Both the position numbers and the translations under genes were made by a program. DNA of 64,000 bases from Batkoa obscura. Its lineage: Eukaryota. The notes beneath the pieces were generated by a model, which saw only the letters and a list, made by a program, of their open reading frames with translations, was not told the DNA's origin and searched no databases. Location of the stretch: assembly GCA_030770535.1 (NCBI GenBank), contig JASVEC010000020.1, positions 682,001-746,000 on the forward strand, in the 5' to 3' direction. This document shows positions 56,728 to 64,000 of this stretch, piece after piece (within the stretch, counting starts at the first letter, position 1; every line of letters starts with the position of its first letter).

Positions 56728-59192
56728 GGGGCTGTCCTAATTGGTTTCAGAATCTACTTAGAAATTAATCCAAATTTAAAATTCCAAGTTTGTGTTCAAT
56801 ATAACGGTTAAATCTAAAAAGCCTAAAATTAAATGTCTCTATTTAAAACTTATTTTAATTGTTTCCTTTTCTTAAATAGCTAATTTTCCTAACTATATAT
56901 TTTATGTTAGTTCTGTTAGATATTTAACAGATATATAATATATAACTATATGATTATATAATTATATAAATACATAATTATATAAACACAGTTATTTGAC
57001 TTTATTTGACTTTATTTTTTGTTGAAATAAAAATAAAATCCAAACTTTCATAACTAAACTTCGAAATGGAATTTTTGAAAACTTCAATACAATAGGGAGG
57101 AGTACACAATATAAACATTGTAATTCATTTACATCAATTTTAAGAGCTACTTATAACAACCCAAGGTTCATGGAATTTTATAATAAAACAAAACAAAGAA
57201 AAGATATATTATCAAAGTTTACTATCGATAATAATAAACTTAATCAAGTAATGTATAAAATTAGTGCTTTAAGGGAAACAGGAAACAAAAGTCAGCAAGT
57301 AGCGTTATTATCAACTATAGCTTCAGTATATTCTTTTGATGAATGCAAGAGTTTTAGGTTTAATATAAACAGAAATCAATATGATTATTCAAAAACAAGT
57401 AATAATAATAAAATATCAACATTAAAACCTATTATTAAAAATACAAAAAAAATTAAAGATGACCAAATTGAAACTATTATACAATATTTACTAAATGATT
57501 CAACTATTTCATCAAGATTTAATAAAAAAAATAACGATAGTAAATATTCATCAGATAATATATATATATTAAATTAAAGTAGAAGAATGATATATAGTAA
57601 ATATTTGAATGATCTAAGAGATAAAGCAGTAGCTAGGTCAACGTTCTTTAAATATATACCAAGTAATTTCAAAAATCCAGCAAGAAAAACGGATCTATGT
57701 AATATATGTTACCCAGTATACAGTTAGAAAAAAGTTATTTGAAAATAAAATAAATACAGCAAAAAACAAAACAGAGATAGAAGAAATTTTCAACGAAGAA
57801 GAAAAATTATACAAATTACATAAATTCTGTGTTGATACTCAAAAAAACACATTTAATGAAACTATCAAAAAATTAAATAACAAAAGTTGTATAATAGTTT
57901 TAGATTTTAAACAAAATATGGAAATAGGAACAAGACCAGATTCAATAAATTTAGATCATTATAATAAACAAGCTATATCAGTATTAGGCTTTGGTGTATT
58001 ATATTTAAAAGATGATAAAACAATAGGCAAAGTTTACTTTGATTATTTATCTGAAATATTGAATCATGATTCAGCATATGCAGGAGATTGTTTAATCGAT
58101 TTAATCTCTACAGAGCTTCTATTTAAAAAGTTTACAAAAATTAATATATGGGCAGATACAGGAAATCATTTTAGATCCCAAGAGTTCTTACATTATATGT
58201 TTAAAGAAATTCATAAAATAAATAGTAGTTTGAATGTTAATCTTAATTTTTTTGCTGAGCATCATGGAAAAAGTATAGTTGATGGACATTTTGGAAACCT
58301 TTCAAAATGGAAAAGTAGTTTTGAAGCGTTAGGTAAAATAGAAGATATCGATCAATTAATTTCAAGATTTGAGGCTTTTATTTGCGAGCATAATAAAATT
58401 AATAACTCGACTGTTAATAATGGGAAAACAGATATAATTTTTAAAAAGTATAAAAGAAACAAAAATACAAAAAGAATAATAGAGATGCAGGGCATTAAGA
58501 AGTATTTACATTTTATTAAACATAACAATAAACTACATTGTTATCCAGTATCTGATACATCAAAAAAAAGCGATATAGTCCCAATTAAAGTTATAGAGTC
58601 TATAGAAAACAGAAAAATTAAAAGATCGATCCCAGCTTACCTTACGAAGATAACAGAGAATTTAAAAATTTCGATATTTACTAAGCAAGTAAGTAGTTTG
58701 TTGAATGATAGAAATAGATTGTTAAATGTTAGGATTACTTAAGTTATTAATAGCTAAGTTAATAAATAGTCAAAGAACAAGTAACTGTAATAATATGTAA
58801 AAACTATTATTACTTGTACTATATAGGGATGGTCAATTATAGTTTTGGGGCTGACCACTCCCTCCCATGCAGCTATTTATTAACTTGGCAATATATTAAT
58901 AATGTAATTATAACATTAAAGTAGTTTATTTATTTGATAATAAATCTACGATGTTGGTTATAAAGCAGTTGATAATAAATATTTCTCAATTAAGCTTTAT
59001 AAGAACATGTATTTAAGATCTAGTAGAAATTCAACTAACTTACAGTATGAGCTATAATATAATGGTTTAGAACTGTGTTTGGGTACTTTTGTTTTAATAA
59101 AAGATGTGATTTTATAGAATTTTAAGCGAAGTTTTTAAAATACAAATTTTTTTAAAATTGGATAAAATAATGAAACTAATTCAGACAACCCC
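56728..59192 (+). mobile_element. Sola-like DDD transposon, copy 2 (2465 bp), TSD ATAT
   Basis: Same TIRs as copy 1 in the opposite orientation; near-identical body. Confidence 0.92.
57170..58742 (+). pseudogene. Sola-like transposase (consensus ~523 aa); this copy has TAA at 57575 and an extra T near 57710
   Basis: Consensus from copies 1-3: PARKTDLCNIC, IVLDFKQN, IWADTGNHFRS, FFAEHHGKSIVDGHFG. Confidence 0.8.
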
Positions 59193-59850
59193 ATATATAT
59201 ATATATTATCTGATGAATATTTACTATCATTATTTTTTTTATTATAAAATTCCATAAACCTTGGGTTATTATAAGTAGCTCCTAAAATTGACGTAAATGA
59301 ATTACAATGTTTGTATTGTGTGCTCCTCCCTATTATATTAAAATTTTCAAAAATCCCATTTCGAAGTTTAGTTATGAAAGTTTGGATTTTACTTTTATTT
59401 CAACAAAAATAATGTTAAATAACTGTATTTATGTAATTATATAATCATATATATTATATATCTATTAAATATCTAACAGAAATAACATAAAAAATATAAC
59501 TAGGAAAATCAGCTATTTAAGAAAAGGAAATAACTAAAATAAGTTTTAAATAAAGATATTTAATTTTAGGCTTTTTAGATTTAATTGTCACATTAGACAC
59601 AGATTTAAAAATTTTAAATTTGAATTAACTTCCAAGTAAATTATAAAACCAATCCGGACAACCCCAATAAAGTTACTAAAGTTGAGATTTTAAGTATCTT
59701 TACAAAGTGTTAAAAATTAAAATCGTGGTAAATCAAATATTTTAGAGAAAAGACTAAGCTTTATTTGATAATTTAACAAGTGTAATTGTAGAGTCGAATA
59801 GATTAGAGCAGGATAATGAAATAAGAAATTAAAATGTAATAATTCATTAT

Positions 59851-61416
59851 CTAGCCTTCTAAAAGTTGATCAATAGTTTTACCTTTGGTTTCAGGAACAA
59901 AGAATAAAACACCAGCCGCAAATACAATAGCAATAACAGCAAATATAAGGAAAGTAAAAGCTTCAACTTGTTTCAAAATAGAAGGGAAAACTAAAGTAAA
60001 TATAAAGTTAAATAACCAATTAGTAGCCATAGCTACTCCACTTGCAGCTGGCAATTGATCACTTGGGAATAATTCCGATACAATCATCCATGGGATTGGT
60101 CCAATTCCCAAAGCAAAGATAGCAATAAAGATGAAGATAAAGACGGCTACCATGACATCAATCGCTAATTTTAAGCCAACAGTTACTAGAATGGAACAAA
60201 TTGCAGTGCTAATTAAAGTAATGATCATTAACCATTTACGACTTAATCGATCAGCAATAAGGATGAAAACAAGAGTAAATAAGATGAAGACTGCATCCGT
60301 TCCTAAAGCTAAATAAGCGGCATTTTCTTTACCAAAAGCGAGGGAGAAAATTGTAGCGGAATAAAATAAAATACCATTGATACCGCACCATTGTTGAGCA
60401 ATATGTACCATTATACATATTAACATATGCTTTAGTAACTTTTTGTTATTTAAGATGACCTTGTATGGATTAACTTTTTGACCTCCGTTGAGTTTATTTT
60501 GTCTATCAACTAAATCTTGAAATTCTTGAGTTGTATCATACCCACTTCTTAATTTAATTAAATTTTCTTTAGCTTGATCTAATTTCCCTTGAGAAATCAA
60601 ATAAGCTGGTGTTTCAACACAGAATGGGAATAAACCTAATTGGATAAGTGATGGTATACCAGTAATAGCAAATAATACACGCCATCCAGGGGCATAATTC
60701 AATGGAATACTAAATCCATGAGATAAAAATACTCCTGTTACTAACATAATTTGAAAAATCCCACCTAAAATATAAAATTAGCATTCATAATACTATATAA
60801 AATAAAATAACTACCCAAAGCTCCATGGCCTTTATGAGTGGCCACTTCACCGATATAAGTAGAGACGGTTACAAGAGAAACACCACTATTATTAAAATAG
60901 TTAACATTAATAACTTATATTAAATATGTTAATATAATTACCACCCCATACCACAAATAAATCGCCCAACTCCAAATTGGCCAAGAGTGGTAGAAGTACC
61001 AATTAAAATACCACCAACAATATAAAATATATTGTTAAATAAAATAGCATTTCTTCTACCAAACCAAACCAATAATTTGCTAGCCAATATAGCTCCACAT
61101 AATCCACCTAAAGCCAATAAACTGATAATGACACCCCTGAAATCTTATTAGTTACATTCTATTATAAATACAATTATCAGTAATTATACCATAATAATTC
61201 TCCAGCAGGCAAACAATCTGGAAAACCTTGGCTATCATAAATTTGTTGATCACATATACGAATTTTATGTTCTACAATGTTACCCACGCCAATATTATAA
61301 CCAACATTAAAAGTGGACAAAGCGGCTAAAGAACAGGTTACAATTAGATATTGATTCACTTTCATTTCTCGTGAATCTTTAGCTTCATGTGTAAGTATAT
61401 CCCCATTTTTCAACAT
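59851..61416 (-). CDS. Sugar porter (GLUT/SLC2A-like) MFS transporter, 4 exons
   Basis: GYNIGV, WFGRR, GWR, ETP, QQWCGINGILFYS, GIGPIPWMIVSELF, VPETKGK. Confidence 0.92.
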
Positions 61417-62012
61417 TTTTGAATTGGAATATGCAATATTAGTTTATATACAATTAAAATGTAATGATTGTTTTTTTGATTTTTTATATGTAGATGAGAT
61501 TCGATTTGAGAGTATTTATATACTATTCATTATAATATTTTATTTTTATATTTTTTGGATAAATTCATTAGTTTTTTTATAATGATCTCACATAACTTAT
61601 ACTAATAAAATGGTAAAATTAGCCGACACATTGCTCCTTAATTTTTATTATAAATCACAGCACTTAAACACCATATATTTTATTATAATTAACTATTCTT
61701 ATCATCTTCAATTTTACCCTTGATTAATACTTTTTTATTTCAATCTTCAATATTAGCAGTGTTGCGCAACTAACTTGCTGAAAGTCATTTTTTATTTTTA
61801 AATAAAATAAATTAATATTAGATATATATATTTAATATTAGATGTATATATTTAATATTAATATAAATAAATACTTATGTTTTATACTCAAGGATATCTG
61901 AAACTTGCTTTTTGATCAACTAGTCCTAACATCAAGCTATTAAAAACTAAAATATCTTTTTATTAATATCAAAGTAATCTTAGTAAGTGAAATCATTGAC
62001 CTTTGATTATTT

Positions 62013-62160
62013 ACACTAGGAAAGATTCCAAGTTGTTGTTGCCAAAACTTGATTTATTTAGTAAAACGCGATATTTATTTACTTTATTTAGTAATAAAAA
62101 ATCGTGTTTTACTAAATAAATTAGGTTTTAGGAATAGTCACTTGAAACTTCTCTCAATGT
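62013..62160. repeat. ~150-bp imperfect palindrome
   Basis: Arms 62044-62072 and 62101-62129 match 26/29, with weaker outer and inner pairing. Confidence 0.8.
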
Positions 62161-62944
62161 TGTTTAAAGAGTAATTAGCCTAAATAACAAAAAAACAAGT
62201 ATATATACTCGGTTGAAATGAGAAGATTAATTAAATAGTACAGTCTCGGCTAAAATGATAAGGTGGATCAATTATACACATTCTTAATTACTATTTCCAT
62301 GGGCTTATTAATAGATATTAAAAGGTATATTTTTGATGGTTGAAAATTAGTTGATAGGATCAAAGAAATGAAATTCAATAAATTTTAAAATAATTTTAAG
62401 TATCGAATTGATTGTTTTATAAGTATGATTTTTCTAGATATACGAGTATAAGCTTGTTATTTTATTCTTATGCTTCTACCTTATTCTTATGTTTCGAAAA
62501 TCTTGCATTTAACTTCAATTCCTGAAACTTATAAAACCCTTAAAGTCTCATTTTTACTTTACTAGCCATCAAAATTTTAAATTAGCAATGTATGTTTTAT
62601 TAATAAAATATCCCGCTTTGACCTACCATATTATTATTTTCATCTAGATTCGATTACATCACATTCAACATTTACATCAATTTCAATTAAAAATTTAAAT
62701 AATTATAAATCAGACAATACATTGATTAACGATTTGAATACTAAATATGTTTTTTACCCAGGTTATAGTATATTGATTAGTTACCATTTTTATACGATTT
62801 TACATTTATTATCATATCGTATAATATAAAGCATGCAAGTAAATTCACTTGAAATTTAATAATACAATAATTGTATTGCCCTTATGTATTGATGGTGATT
62901 TACTTATGTTGTTTGATGTCAATAACTGATATCTTGAATCATAT

Positions 62945-63043
62945 GGGAGTGTTTTTTTTGACTTCATTATTTTTTCCATTTTTTAAGCGCTATTTGAGTG
63001 GAAAATATGTTAGTAAAATTCTTAAACATAAAAATACATCCCC
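62945..63043 (+). mobile_element. ~98-bp MITE copy, TSD ATAT, abutting Sola-like copy 3
   Basis: atat|GGGAGTGT...ACATCCCC|atat|GGGGCTGTCC. Confidence 0.9.
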
Positions 63044-63047
63044 ATAT

Positions 63048-64000
63048 GGGGCTGTCCTAATTGGTTTCAGAATCTACTTAGAAATTAATCCAAATTTAAA
63101 ATTCCAAGTTTGTGTTCAATATAACGGTTAAATCTAAAAAGCCTAAAATTAAATGTCTCTATTTAAAACTTATTTTAATTGTTTCCTTTTCTTAAATAGC
63201 TAATTTTCCTAACTATATATTTTATGTTAGTTCTGTTAGATATTTAACAGATATATAATATATAACTATATGATTATATAATTATATAAATACATAATTA
63301 TATAAACACAGTTATTTGACTTTATTTGACTTTATTTTTTGTTGAAATAAAAATAAAATCCAAACTTTCATAACTAAACTTCGAAATGGAATTTTTGAAA
63401 ACTTCAATACAATAGGGAGGAGTACACAATATAAACATTGTAATTCATTTACATCAATTTTAAGAGCTACTTATAACAACCCAAGGTTCATGGAATTTTA
63501 TAATAAAACAAAACAAAGAAAAGATATATTATCAAAGTTTACTATCGATAATAATAAACTTAATCAAGTAATGTATAAAATTAGTGCTTTAAGGGAAACA
63601 GGAAACAAAAGTCAGCAAGTAGCGTTATTATCAACTATAGCTTCAGTATATTCTTTTGATGAATGTAAGAGTTTTGGGTTTAATATAAATAGAAATCAAT
63701 ATGATTATTCAAAAACAAGTAATAATAATAAAATATCAACATTAAAACCTATTATTAAAAATACAAAAAAAATTAAAGATGACCAAATTGAAACTATCAT
63801 ACAATATTTACTAAATGATTCAACTATTTCATCAAGATTTAATAAAAAAAATAACGATAGTAAATATTCATCAGATAATATATATATATTAAATAAAAGT
63901 AGAAGAATGATATATAGTAAATATTTGAATGATCTAAGAGATAAAGCAGTAGCCAGGTCAACGTTCTTTAAATATATACCAACTAATTTCAAAAATCCAG
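63048..64000 (+). mobile_element. Sola-like transposon copy 3, cut by the window end; ORF open from 63490
   Basis: About 7 substitutions versus copy 2 over ~950 bp; AAA where copy 2 has its TAA stop. Confidence 0.92.

Larger units (their letters stand above)
55912..59665 (-). mobile_element. Older internally deleted Sola-like copy (pieces 55912-56384, 56484-56727, 59193-59665), interrupted by a MITE and a young copy
   Basis: Collinear with copy 1 from GGGGTTGTCTGAATTAG to GGACAACCCC, more diverged, three internal deletions. Confidence 0.88.

Noticed and set aside
58743..59192. Fanzor/TnpB cargo or omega-RNA in the transposon 3' region
   Set aside because: No second ORF or RuvC motifs; there is only ~450 bp of AT-rich DNA

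Overview
Very AT-rich eukaryotic DNA with short (~45-70 nt) GT-AG introns and fungal-type genes. It is most consistent with an early-diverging fungus (Entomophthoromycotina-like is an inference only). Host genes: mitochondrial DnaJ, phosphofructokinase, a Vps39/Vps3/TGFBRAP1-type CNH protein, an LPCAT3-like MBOAT, a P5B ATPase, an S1 protease, a HAL/NPR-like pseudokinase, glycogen synthase, a single-C2 protein, SHE9, a nucleolar FKBP, a Cys-rich secreted protein, an ADAM protease and two MFS transporters. The main unexplained structure is a recently active DNA-transposon system with GGGG...CCCC ends and 4-bp target-site duplications (ATAT/ATTT/CTAT). It comprises three young ~2.45-kb Sola-like DDD-transposase elements, one older deleted copy into which a young copy has nested, and ten ~98-bp MITEs with related ends. 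Many single-base frameshifts and a 1.9-kb tandem duplication look like long-read assembly errors. Exon structures were read by eye; no searches were run.
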